64,000 nucleotides of DNA from Ophelia neglecta (taxonomy: Eukaryota). Each line of letters begins with the position of its first letter. Within the stretch, counting starts at the first letter, position 1. This document shows, piece by piece, positions 47,596 to 64,000 of this stretch. The notes under the pieces are model-generated. The model worked only from the letters and a program-made list of their open reading frames with translations. It searched no databases and was not told the DNA's origin. The position numbers and the translations under genes are program-made. Where the stretch lies: positions 139,252,001-139,316,000 of the forward strand of contig OZ260661.1 in NCBI GenBank assembly GCA_965285935.1. Direction: 5' to 3'.

Positions 47596-50500
47596 GCTAT
47601 ACAGTTGAATTCCAAGAGACTAAAATGTGGCTTGGTTACTAAGGAAAAAATATGTTTGAGGGGCGTCCTGCTTTTGCGACAGGTTTGGAGTCAATGTTTG
47701 TTGTGCTGATTATCTCTAATAACTTGCCCTGACCCGTACCAGATGTCAAAGCGGCTGGCCTATCATAGCCGATAAACCTAGATAACCAATCCGTATCGAG
47801 CTTGGGCTGATGTCGGGAATTCCCCTTTTTTTCGCAAACACTACAATATGTATCGGAATATCACATGACCTTTAGGGTTAGGGACAGGTTTGATAGGTCT
47901 AGTGATCTGTTCTAATTTCAGGATTTACCTCCGCAAGGCTCCGCGCCTCCGCTTTTAATCAAAAGCCCCGACACAACTGGTTTTTCTTTGTTATTTTTCC
48001 GAGATATTTCCCAAGGGAAATTTCCAATCCTTACTCCATGGTTGGAGATGTAGAAGACACTTTTTTATATACGTCTTTAGACTTAAAACCCGTCAATAGT
48101 TCAATTTTCGCTATTGTTGGTGATGAAATAACGTCTGGCTTACCAATCTCAAATATAAATGATTTCTCTACCTACATAAATCAACCTTACCTGAATAGCA
48201 GTTTCTCACAGAAACTAAACATTTTGATCCTCAAAGTAGTTTGTAATATGCAGACCACAGGAGGAATGGGGATGTGCGTCTGAAAACGGATCAGACGGCT
48301 TTGAGAAGTTGGTGGTGGATAAAACAGGGTGGACTGTGGGTTTGGGTGTGGGTCAAGGTGGAGGAGACTCCAAAATGAGATGGGATGATTAATAACAGTG
48401 AACTATATGAGCCGCGTGCACACTGCTTATTGGGTTCAGACACAGCTTTAAGAGAATGCTTTTTAATTCGCCACTATGCCGCAGACTGTTTGATAAACAG
48501 ATAACCATATGCTGATGTAAAACTTAATCATAATATTCAGTGCTTGCCTTAACTTCATCTTGAACATAGTTACACAATATGATATAAAGATGATAAAATT
48601 ACATTTTTTAACACAGATAAAATGATAACATACTGCTTGTGACAATTGCTAGATTATTCTAAAAGCTTTCATGCAGTTTAAGTTGATCACACGTTGACAT
48701 AATAGAGTACTTTATTCCTTGGTAAGAATTTCATATCAATATAATTGTAAGGGAATTTGATAGGCTTTTCATGTTATTGTTATAGTCAAATTGGTCGAAA
48801 ACAAAAATATAAGAATGCATTTCCTTACTTATATAATCAAATTCATGCGAACAAGGTTTTAAGCATAAGTGGAAAGTACGTCAATTTGAAAACATGTAGC
48901 CCGTTCTAAGATAATTATGACTGATGACGATTTATATCAAACACTTGGTGACTATGCAGTGTTACAAAACAACTAGACTGTCTACTATAAGGGGACATCT
49001 AATTATGACTTATGATGATTTATGTGCAGTGTTACAATCAACTAGACTCACTATAAAGTGACAAATCTATACAACGTACAAATAAATATGTTTTTGACAG
49101 GTACATTATACATCGTAGTGGTGTATTTATCGTTTTCGAGATGTTTATCTATCACAATGGTTTGTTTACTATTAGCCTGCTATCCGTGTGCCCGCAAGAG
49201 CCTGTCGTTCGCAAGTGAGGTATCTAGCTAATTTATTGCCGTCTGCTGGTATTAGACTTATTGCCGTCAGATGTCGTCTTACTCGCCGTTCTAGTTAGGC
49301 CAAACGTAGGCCTCATTCTGTGAGTGGTACATTTATGTAGAGTCTAGCTATCACTTGGTTCGTCTGACTACACTGCTGCCCTCAGCCGAATAATCTGGAC
49401 ACTAATATGGACTACTAAAAGTTGGTACTTGGATCTAAGTTATGTCCCCGCTATTTATTTACCTGCCGTCGAGTGTATTATCCAATCCACTTGTGTTTCT
49501 AACTTTTATTTAATACAATCCGTAATACAGACCTACCTAAACCTCACGACTTGGAATCAGCTGTGCGTGCGTGTGTGTATGTGAACGTTCTCAAACGTAA
49601 TCCTGATGTTTATCTAGTGTTTTTTATTTCTGTTTCTGTCTCTTGTGTTCCGAATATCTTTACTTTTAGGTTATATCAAACGTGTATTTTGTGCTATAAA
49701 ACCGTTCTTCTTATATATATCCACGTCAGCTTAATTTGGGTCGAATTTTGGTAGGTTAAGTTCTAATGTTTTATTCCTTATTCTATAAATTCGATACTCT
49801 CCTATTTTGGTTTATTCTGGTTACTCCTGCAGCCCGCCACTCCCGACCCGCCGCGCGCCCCAGACTCACCAGGGGGATACAGGCTGTGAACGAAAGCAAA
49901 TCTGACGAGTGGGACTAATAATTCTACGGTCTTGTCCACTGGTCGAATAATCTAAAATGTCTTCTAAATTTTTGTCGCAGTCATCTTCCAGTGCTAAGTT
50001 TCCTTCGTTTTTGTATTTTTCTATTATATTAGCAATTTCCATATTCATTTCGGTGGGTGACCTTTAAATTTCTGGCAAGGCCGACGTCAAAGTTTTTCTT
50101 GTAGCTCTCACTATTCAATTTATTTTTCGGTCAATTAACTGTTAAATCATAATCATGTCTTTTTAATATCTTTAAGCATGTATTTGTGTTTTGCATGTGC
50201 ATATCGTAAGACGATTAACACGTTTGTTGGGCTAAATTGTATATACGCATATTAAACATTAATTACGAATTATCCAATCTAAAAGTCGTGAAATAAGTTT
50301 GGATCATTTTCCTGAACGCAATCCTTTTTACCAAGCAGCCTTGTCCTACAATTTGAGCCTTTATTACAATGATTATAATTGCTCCATACACTCCCTCAAG
50401 TTATTCACTAAAATGCTATTATTAAACCTTTTATTAATGTAATCATTTTAACTTTGTATCCAGCAGGCAATTTGTGTTACTATTATTACTGCACCATTGC

Positions 50501-53500
50501 ACCAGCACTCTAACACTTTCTTTTTTTTTCTTGTATCTTTCTTTCTTATTCGGGCCCATATCAGTGAGTATCTCAATTTTTCATTTATGTTTAATCTCTC
50601 GCGAATCAATTTACTTTTTGACATAACGTCCAAGACAAATAAGCCCTGGGCTTCCTGTTATTTGATATATTTAACAATACTTTTCTGTTAGCTGCTGTAA
50701 TATATCACAAAATGTTAGGCTTAAACATACTAATATTACTTTTGACCTTTATTCAATCCAATTCTTTAACCTGATTTGGTTATATAATCAGCATATAACA
50801 TCTTTGCTTCTTTGCTACCTATAGATCTTAATTTTGTATATTGTATATGTTTTATTTATTGCTCTATAAATGTAAATTTGCTATATGTTATAAGATAATA
50901 ATAAAAACAAACTATTAACTGTTAAGTTTAGCTATCTTGCCCAATAACTCATTTAGCAGAGTCGACCCGCTCCTATTTAGCAGCCGGATCAAGCCAGTCC
51001 GCTGTCCACCTTGATAATTATATCCACCACCGTAATTGAGCTGTATGCTCTATTTGCAATCTACAGCTGACTTATAGTCTGACCTTATGCCGTGTGTGAG
51101 CCATCCACTCGTTCACTCCAAATAAATCTATGTAGCTCATTCAGGTTATGTAGCTGTATAGTTCTTTGATCGCTCGGATGAAAGTCTTGTTATTGCTCTC
51201 CAGTTTTCCCTGACACTTGCGGACATTCTAATCACTCCCTTATTCCGAGCCAATGTCGTATTATGGTATAATTCCCATACGTATAGTCTTAAATGTTGTG
51301 GAACTACCAATTGTTCCTATGCTTTTGAACATGTTTTGAACACCTTTTGAATGTTGCCCACAAACATGATACAATACATTGTTTGGCTTCTCCCCTTCGT
51401 GTAGAATTTTTTTTTTTTAAGTTCCCTCAAACCCTGCTTCATTCTTTTGAACCGAATTAAAAACCGTGCCTCACCATTCCCAGCAAATCGAAATGAAATT
51501 AAGAAGAAATAAAATAAAAAACCTGCCTCGCCACCTTATTCGAAATCAAAAATAAAGCCATGATAATCAGTTTATCGTGTTTATGTGGCCTAACATTTAA
51601 TTATTATCCGGTTGAGGTCCTGATAAATTGATCATCTTATACCCACAACAGTCTACAATCAACGTTTATCGCATGAATGGCGATGTAAAAATCGTATATT
51701 GCGAAAAGTTTTCTTATTAAGTGCAAAAATTTTTTTCTAATGACCACACCAGATTCTCAGCGCAAAAACTTGGTACAATCTTGTCTGCCATAAAAAACGT
51801 GGCAGCGCACATTTCTTGAATAACAGGGGTCATTAAAACTGCGAACAGTGTTCTACAGCGTTTGTCCATATGTATTATTGTCGATTTCCCCTCCTCAATG
51901 ATAAGGGTGTTTCCATTTTCCCCGATCGTTTTTGCATATTCACCCAGCTAACTTGTGAACCGCGGCCGGGCAGAGTACGCATATAATTTCTTGTAAAAGT
52001 CACGTATCTTAGCCACCCCAGTGACAATTGCATTGTTCAAAATGTCATTTTATTATGCTGCTGAAAAGGTTTGTGACTGTTTCAGATCAGCGACATTACG
52101 TAAGCTGATATACGTTGTGAGCAGCGTTCACCTGTTGTATAACACAATAACTATTTTGCGAGTTTTATTTTGGGACCAATAAGCCCACCATTAATTTCTC
52201 TATCCCTGCCCGACTAAATTCCATGTTTGTTTTACATGGTCCTTTTAGTCCTAAAATATTAACAATAACCAAATTGTACTAATTTCAATATTTACTTGGT
52301 AGATTAATTGACTTGAAAGTTTATCATAATTTCAGAAGTGCTTTATTTTAGGAAGAAAAATGTCTTCACACTTAAATTCTTTTTCGTAAGGATATTTTGT
52401 TGTTTATAATCCTATAGGTTATAAAATGGTTATACTTTACTAAATGGAAATGTTTGAAAGAGATTGTTTGTCAAACACATACTTTTTGCATCATTGTTAT
52501 CAGCTTTTGCAGGAAACCCTTATGTTTTCGTCAATGTTAAAATTATTAATATGTTTAACTAATCATATAACAAATGATCCTGTGTAAATATGACTTGTCA
52601 ATTTAATCACTAGTTTGAAAACATGTATAAGTGAAATGTTGTGTTTCTTTTGTTAAAGTTAATCTAATGCATATGCAATGAATTATCTTTCCTTAATGCA
52701 ATTCTTCTTTGATTCCCGAAGTCAATTGCATCCTGCTCATCATAGATGTGCACGAGCAGTTAGCGAGACAAGGAATCCGAATACCGTGGGGGTCAAAATG
52801 TGTTTTGAGGGCTGTTCAAATAATTCCTAGGGAGAATATGGCCTATTATTATGTGTCCAATAATATCGAGTGAAATAACGACAGGCGTTTTCACATTAAC
52901 ACGAATGCCAAAAGCCGGACACGGCTCAATAAAAAATCATATGGCCCATAAAAGGTACAACTGACACAATTTCAGCATATATTATTATTGAGTTTACTGG
53001 GATAAATGCTACCCCCATAGGGAGAAAAAACAAGTTGGTTGAATTTTCAATAAAATCTTTAATTCAACAAAGCAAAATGAAGAAGTAACATAAAATTTAA
53101 TGCATTTTATCCATTCTTTTGCACATTCCTTTACACAAGATGTAATGACAAACATTAAGCCAAATTAATAATGTTCATCTGCGTTACTTTCTATCGGTGT
53201 ACATATAAGCGACAGTTGTTCCCAATATAATACATTCACGTGGTTTGCATATATTTTAGTTTGTGTATATATTGATATGCCTGTTGGTAGACCTTCCATA
53301 TCTGTTAACTGGAAAATAAAATTGGTATTGGACGGCATGAGAGTTTGTTTGAGAACCCTTCGGTTGTTTGAAGCTTGAAACAAGGGATTAAAGCTCGAGC
53401 TTGCGAGGACATCAAACTCATTGAAAGCCACAAGCATAAAAAGAGTTGCTCAATTAAATCTTCATGCAAGACCAAAATCACATTGTTATATTTTATAATG

Positions 53501-54014
53501 GTGAATTCTACATAGAAATAATGATGGACATCGTTTTGTATAAAAATAGCAGAAAAAATAGCATGTAAACTACATGTTCATGCCTCTTCAGTCATATTAA
53601 CATTTTTCATGCCGTAAGGATTGTCAATTATATTGCCTTAAGTCAGGTCTATACTCTACAATAACATAGTGACCCTGACCAATGAAGGATGCAGTGAGCT
53701 TTTTATTGAAAGCTGCTTTCATGCCCTATATGTGATCAACATCATTTATGACCGCCAAACTCGTTTAAATGTTTTTGCGGTCCAGAGTTCCTAATCGCAC
53801 GCTCGAATTTTCTAAAAATATAGCCCTTATAGGTCGAAAAAGCCTTTAGGTAAAATATTGCTTTATATTATTACTAATCATTATCCAAACACGCCGAGCT
53901 CCGTCTCCATGATTATTTGTTGGGTGTTAACTAATCTATGACCCTCGGTTCAAGGTTACATGGAAAGTAGTTAAATAGGCACATAATCTATAATCTGAGT
54001 ATATTGTCTATGGT

Positions 54015-57094
<3,080 letters not shown>

Positions 57095-57881
57095 CTGTGA
57101 ATCGAGAAAATATTGATTGTTGTTAGTGTTGGGAGACATAAAAGGCGAGATGTCAATAGTAACATTTTATTATTACACGGTGATTTACAAAGTTTTAGTG
57201 AAACAAAAGACCTCTTCAATTATATTTGATAGATGCAGAACAAAATAACACCTAATTCAATCTTAACTATTGTTAGTGCGAAAACCCTTTTTATCTGGCA
57301 AAAAGTAATGCCAGCAGAAGATTATCCAAATGAAGATATTTTGAAAAAAAGATCTACTGGCCGTGATTATTTTTTGAAATAATAGCAAGCTTATCAACAT
57401 AAGGGCTTAAATAATGATAATATTCCGACCTTGAAAATGCAAACCGAGTTCATATCTGAGAACTCGATCGGATGCAAAAGTTTGGTTTTCTATAGGTTCC
57501 CATTTCAGTCTAGGATCAAGCAGCTTAAAATAACGGCTGTTTACATCATTTTGATAATGTGCTCATGAAAATAGACACCAAGGTCAAATGTCAGCAATCG
57601 ATCTTATGCGAAAAAAGTAGTTCTGGGCCCTGGCTGCCAAAAAAGGTGGAATTCATCGATTTAGGATTTTGACAAAAAAATCGACGTCAAATATGAAAAC
57701 TCGAAAAAATGATTCCCAAAGAGAAGGTAATATTATTATTAATGTATAACATATTTGTTGTACATTAATGATTTGGCTGATATCGGCGGGAAACATGTGT
57801 TCTTTTTGCGGATGAGGTCGCTACCCCACCGTTATGGAAGTAAACCCATATTCCATTATATTTACTCCGAAAAATTCTTAC

Positions 57882-60800
57882 ATTTTCACAACAATGTGTG
57901 TATTGCTTCAGGGATTCACCTTGGTCGTTTCTTAACTGTCTGATCACGTCATCTTGCTGAGCAATCTGCCAAGAAAGTTTACAATAAAAAAGCGAGGTAT
58001 TTCAGTCAATTTTTGTAAGGTTGTTACAAAAAATGTAGATATAACAAGTCATCTGGAAGTTTTCAAAATTGATGTCATACACATTTAAAATAACATCACA
58101 CACCTGATGTCACATACTCGTCAATTGACATCACGTACCTGGTGTCAGATACTTATATAAGGCTATGTATCAAGCAGGGCTTTTTCTACTTATGAAAAAG
58201 TTGCCTAATCTCCCTGCCTTTCTTATGTGTTATTTTATAATGTAAGGAACATCGATGTGAAACACAGGATTAGATAATCAAAGAAAATACATCACTCATT
58301 GCAGACTTTTAGGATATTGTCGTGCGACTCACCTCTGACTTTGAGTCATCGAACTTTCTCTCGGCTTCCTCCAGTTTACTCTCTAGTTCCCCGGATCGTT
58401 CATCTCTTTTTTGCAACTAGAAATGCAACAAAATAGCAGTGGTAAAAGTAATTGTCAGCACGTACTGTCTCCGTTTAAGCAGAACTTGCAGTTGTGAGAA
58501 GGAGACGATTTAGTTAGGTGCTACCCAAAAGAAAAGCCACGTGCAAATCAGTCTGCGTACAGTCACTGGTTGATTCAATAATTAAAGCAGATATACACAG
58601 ACGCAGCCTAACCAGAGACTGTACACCTCATACACACACAATTCCCGAGCTTGCGCATGTTTATCCTTGTCATAAAGGAACTTATCTGCAAACACGGTAG
58701 TTAGGTTGTAGATTTATAATGTACTGTGTTGATATTTTTATTAACTCCATCGGATTAAGGCAGGAACAGACATGCTCTCAGCAAAATACATGTACATGTT
58801 ATGAGGAAATGCTTAACAACGTTGGATGGTAAAGAACATCGTAGAAATCTCGGTTGGGGGAGAATATAAAGATGGAATGTAGTACAAGTGCTAAAGTTTA
58901 CCGTAAACCAACCATGTAAAGGACATGCACTAAATCATATTCAAAAGTTGCTTCAAAAAGGTTATTGTGCGTGTGGGGAGATATACTATATATGTGTAAA
59001 ACATAGGATTAGATAAAAAAAAAATATAACACTCATTGCACAAACTTAAGACATATTCGTGGGACTCACCTCTGACTTTGAGCCATCGAATTTTCTCTCG
59101 GCTTCTCTCAGTTCTCTCTCCAATTCCCTGGATCGTTTATCTCTTTTTTGCAACTAAAAATCACCAAAATATCAGTGGTAAAAAGTAAATATTTTAGCTT
59201 ACATTAGTCAAGCTTCACTTTGGAAGTCATGTTTTACTTTGGGAGTCGATATTATTGAAAACAAAGTAAACAAGATCAGTGACATCAATGTAGTCCTTTC
59301 AGTGGTCAACACAGACTTTGTTCACCTCTCGCCTCTTGACGAAGGGTATTAAACTCATCATCCCATCCTTCCCCAGCATTAAGATCGTGTTCCTTCCCTT
59401 GCTTTAGCTCATACACTATAGTTTCAATTCCATCTAGCCACTTGTCAGGAAAAAATTCTCTCAGAACGTTGCAAGTGTCAATCTTGATCAAATTCATATT
59501 GAAATACTGTCAGGATGGCAAAAAAATGACTATACACAAACACCCAATTTTACAAAAAGGATAATAATGAAGAAGTTATCAATAAAAAAAACATCCGAAA
59601 AGTTTTAACAGAATGGTAAAATAAAGGGTATAGCTTCTGAATGGGAAAGCTCCCCCATACGCAGTTATTACCTCATTACTGCATGACTTGCTATGACGTG
59701 TTTTGTCTGGCTGTATCATTTCACTCTTGGCTCATCTAATAAGAGGCCAAACAAAAAAACTGTCTAAAAGCTGTCTCAAAACCCATGAACTATAAACAAT
59801 TTGTTCTACATAACTTATGAAGGATAGTGTCATGATTAATAGAGACATTATCAGTTAATTCACCGCTGTGGCATGCTCACTGTTTATATCTATTAAGCAA
59901 CTGTCTAACAACTTGCTTAGCACATTTTTTGGTACAATAATTCATATCGTGCATAAAAAGTAATGTCATAAACTGAATTCATTAAATCATGCAACAAGTC
60001 CCCATTTACACTGATACTAACTTGAATCCCATATACGTGTGTTAACAGTATGTTACCAACCTCATCTCGCAACTGGTGCTTTTCCTCTTGATGGTGCCCT
60101 AAGTCATATTCTAACTGTCTGATTTTCTTCTCAAACTGATTGAGCAATCAACAGGTTGAATACATTAGTTAATTCATTTGATAATGAATATATCTACATT
60201 AAATATTTTATGCTGCAACCTTAGGTTGGCACTGGTGGTTAAAATGGTAAAACTGGCATTGTAAAGTACATTTAATCAAATAATATTATCAGATCCCTAG
60301 TTCATTACATTAAGTAGGTATGGAAATAATATTATCAGATCCCTAGTACATTACATTAAGTAGGTATGGATACGTGAACTAATCATTTAACAAGTTTTAG
60401 GATTTCCAGTTAACCAACATTGAAAAGGACAGTCACAAAATCATATTCAAAAGTTGCTTCAAAAAGACAATTGTTTGTGAGGGGAGGTATACAATATATA
60501 TGTAAAACACAGGAATTAGATAATCAAAGAAAATACAGCACTCATTGCACATACTTTGAATACATTGACGTGGGACTCACCTCTGACTTTGAGTCATCGA
60601 ACTTTTTCTCGGCTTCATTCAGTTTACTCTCCAGTTCCTTGGTTTGTTCATCTCTTTTTTGGAACTGAAAAATGCACCAAAATAGCAGTGATATAAGTTA
60701 TTATTTACGTCTGCTTTAGTCATCCTTAACTTTGGGACCCTTGATTGGTAAACACTGACTTATTTGACCTCTCGCTTCTTGGCGAACGGTATTGAACTTA

Positions 60801-63800
60801 AACTCCCAGTTTTCCACCAAATTACGATTGTGTTCCAGCTTTTGCTTCAGTTCCTACAATATAGTTTTCCCTCTATCCAGCAAGTTGCCAGGGAAAAAAT
60901 TGTTTCTAAGAAGGTTGCATATGTAAATACAGATTGACATACAGTCGGTCCCGACATCTTTATGAAAAATCTGTAAACCAAGGGTACATTAATGAAGCCA
61001 GGTGTTTCAGTTAATTTTGAATGGTTGTAGAATAAATAGATAACAATAAGCCATCTGGAAGAATGGTAATAGTCTTTCCCGGCAAACCTGAGGTCGTACA
61101 ACTGTAGAGTGACATTACACACCTGATATCACATACTTGTACTGTGAAGCTATTTATCTAGCAGGGATTTTCTACTTGTAAAAAGTGACAAATTCCTCTG
61201 CTTTGGCTTTGTGTTAACGGCGAAAGCGAACGCTTCGGCTAAAGCGGCATGGCCTCTTAAATTGAACTAATATGAACACAATAATAACCCTACCCTTTCC
61301 CATTTATATCAAAAACAAAATTGAGATGTCTGGGTTAGGGTTGGGTTATAAAATAACTGATATTTTAGATTATTGTGTCACCAATGCTGCTTTCGTCGAA
61401 GCTTTCGCTTTTGCCGTTAACACAAAGCCATCTACTTTATATAATAATAAGAGGAATATTGTATCCCATCATAGTTCCACATAATATAGTGCTATCATGC
61501 TTATCCATCTCATCTGACAATTTTTGAACCAAGAACTTGACTTTTCCCACTTAGTGCTTCCCCAAGAATACGCGATGTTGCTATATCCTTTCTCATGCTG
61601 CAATATATTGCCAGCATTAGTCGGGAAGATGATTGAATGTTTTGACTTATTGGCAGGTGGCCAGTTGTGTCCCGTTTGCGAATCTTATTCTAACTGAACT
61701 GCAGATTTCCATGTCGAATCGCGTCTCCCTCTCTCTCTTTCTGAACATCACTACGTTTGCATGATCTCAACTATTGTCTTTTTATCCTGGGATTTTGCGA
61801 TGAAGTAGTTTAGAACTCAATAGATAATTACAATGTATGTAGATCAATAGTAGAATGGGCTCAAGTTGACTTTTATACCAATTAACCATGAGACGCCAAG
61901 GGTTTAGATGCTTTGAATATTAACTAGCGATTCGCCACCCAATAATTGCTTACGGTTTTTCTAGTAATATTTTTCATTAGTTTTCTGACACATTAACAAC
62001 GTTGCCCTAGAGTGGTGTTTTGTATCACCCAGGGGCTGACCCTGCCACAGCTTTTTATCATAGTGTAGGAGTTACTAACCCGGAGCTGGACATCCTTCTG
62101 CTCCTCCCATAGCTGTTTGACTACTTCTTGTCGATGGTTGATAGTGGCCTGAGCCTGCCCGTGTTTCTCTTCCAGCTCTTTGACAGTAGACTCCAGTTTA
62201 ACTATGGTATCTTCACGCCGTGCTACCTTAGTGGTCAGGGCCTCCCGATTCTCCTCGGAGGAGGTGTGCAGTTTCTGGAAACTTGATGACAGCTTTTGTA
62301 CCTATGCATCGTATATAGATAAACGTATGATGTTCTATTTATACATCTATAGCCAATAACATATTCAGCAAGAACATTTGTACACTAGAATAAAAAATAA
62401 GGCATATAATAATGAGTCAATTCTTTTTTTGTAAAACTGTCTAAAGTAATTTTGAACTACCGGTTGTCTGTACAGTCACTGGTTCATTCAATAAATGACT
62501 AATGAGAAGAACTGTGCCTAAAAAGAACAATATACAGAGACTGTACACCTCACACACACAAAATTCCAGAGTTAGCAAATGTATTTCCTTGTCATAAATA
62601 AGCATATCTGCTAACAGTGTAGTTATGTTGTAGTGTAATAATGTGCTGTGTTTGTTTTATCAACTCCCATCGAATTATGACAAGGCAGGAACAGACATGC
62701 TCTCAGCAAAATACATGTACATCTTATGAGAAAATGATTTACAACGTTGCAATGTTAAAGAAAATCGTAAAAACTTCGGTTGGGGAGAATATTACGATGC
62801 AAAGTAGTACAAGAGCTAGTGTTTCCCGTAAACCAACCATGTAAAGGACATGCACTAAATCCTATTCAAAGTTTTTTCAAAAAGTTAATTGTCAGTGTAG
62901 GGAGGTATACTATATATATGTGAAACGCAGGATTAGATAATCAAACAAAATATAACACTCATTGCACAGACTTAAGACATATTCGTGGGACTCACCTCTG
63001 ACTTTGAGTCCTCGAATTTTCTCTCGGCTTCTCTCAGTTCTCTCTCCAGTTCCCTGGATCGTTCATCTCTTTTTTGCAACTAAAAAGCACCAATAGCAGT
63101 GGTAAAAGTAATTATTTAAGCTTGCATTAGTCAAGCTTAACTTTTGGATTTGATTATTTACAACAAAGTAAAAGAGATCAGTGAAATAAATGAAGCTCAA
63201 TTCAAAAAATCATTACAATGAGAGTAGATCAATAAGAGAATGGGCTCAAGTTGACGAATATACCAATTATACAGTAATATTTGGTATGTGGTTTTTATAA
63301 CCGGTGCTTTCATTTTATACTAAAGCTTGTGCCATGAAGCGGCAAAGTATGTCATGAGGCCGGGAAGCTGTTAGAAGGAGACGATTAATCAAGGTGCTAA
63401 CCAAAAGAAGAGCGATGTGCAGAACAGTCTGCGTACAGTCACAAATACATTAAATAACTCAGCCCAACCAGACACTGTACACCTCACACACACAAAATTG
63501 TGTAAATTTGTGTAAATTATGTAAATGTTATAAGGAAATGCATTACAATGTTGGGATGTTAAAGAATATTGTAGAAACCTTGGGTGGGGGAGAACATTAC
63601 GATGCAATATAGTACAAGTGCTAGTATTTCCCCTATTACAACCACGAAAAGGACATGCAGCAAATCATATTCAAATTTGCTTCTAAAATGTAATTGTCAG
63701 TGTTGGGAAGTATACTATGTATATGTAAAACACAAGATAAGATGACATAATCAAAGAAAATATAGCACTTATTGCAAAGACTTAAAAGACATAGTCGTGG

Positions 63801-63891
63801 GACTCACCTCTGACTTTGAGTCATCGAACTTTTTCTCGGCTTCATTCAGTTTACCCTCCAGTTCCCTGGATAGGTCACCTCTTTTTTGCAA
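57882..63891 (-). CDS. Coiled-coil exon array upstream of copy 3 (continues beyond the window); exons 63891-63808, 63079-62996, 62301-62080, 60664-60581, 60135-60061, 59153-59070, 58416-58333, 57965-57882
   Basis: Same exon types as the copy-2 array but in different order and number. All are open and phase 0-0. Confidence 0.72.
61205..61429. mobile_element. MITE, Mutator-like (225 bp)
   Basis: TIRs ggctttgtgttaacggcgaaagcgaacgcttcg / cgaagctttcgcttttgccgttaacacaaagcc. Imperfect 9-bp TSD ctctgcttt / atctacttt; the paralogous empty site near 29976 has a single atctgcttt. Confidence 0.8.
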
Positions 63892-64000
63892 CTAAAAAGC
63901 ACCAATAGCAGTGGTAAAAGTAATTATTTAGGTTTACATTAGTCATGTTTACATCGGGAGTCGATATTACTAACAACAAAGTAAACGAGATCAGTGACAT

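Noticed and set aside
57765-57947. ORF tail GIWVYFHNGGVATSSAKRTHV resembling a PARP14/NMI-type RRM
   Set aside because: A strong gtaaga donor at 57881 (22889 in copy 2) ends an 84-nt coiled-coil-type exon before it. The tail is intronic and not conserved in copy 2.

Overview
AT-rich, intron-rich animal genomic DNA (invertebrate, mollusc-like by inference only), with one assembly gap (4096-4303). The window is a tandemly and segmentally duplicated minus-strand locus. It holds three copies of a Deltex/DTX3L-like E3 ligase gene in which a MacroD-type macrodomain is spliced in frame to a C3HC4 RING and a Deltex C-terminal (DTC) domain: copy 1 (11649-13699, 5'-deleted), copy 2 (18800-22318) and copy 3 (54015-57094). 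Upstream of copies 2 and 3 lie arrays of shuffled, symmetric phase-0 coiled-coil exons (63/75/84/189/222 nt). Upstream of the copy-2 array I could reconstruct by hand an 11-exon ubiquitin-specific protease (USP/C19) domain (47595-41298), mostly invisible in the ORF track. Its last exon ends in a phase-0 donor compatible with the coiled-coil exons. The main hypothesis is a single ~1,900-aa USP-coiled coil-macro-RING-DTC 'ADP-ribose/ubiquitin editing' protein, or a co-duplicated DUB+E3 gene pair. One USP exon junction creates a TGA, so intactness is unproven. Mobile DNA includes a 5'-truncated I-group LINE with an 11-bp TSD, two PIF/Harbinger elements, a MULE-like MITE, minisatellites and microsatellites. 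All splice models are read by eye and need transcript confirmation.
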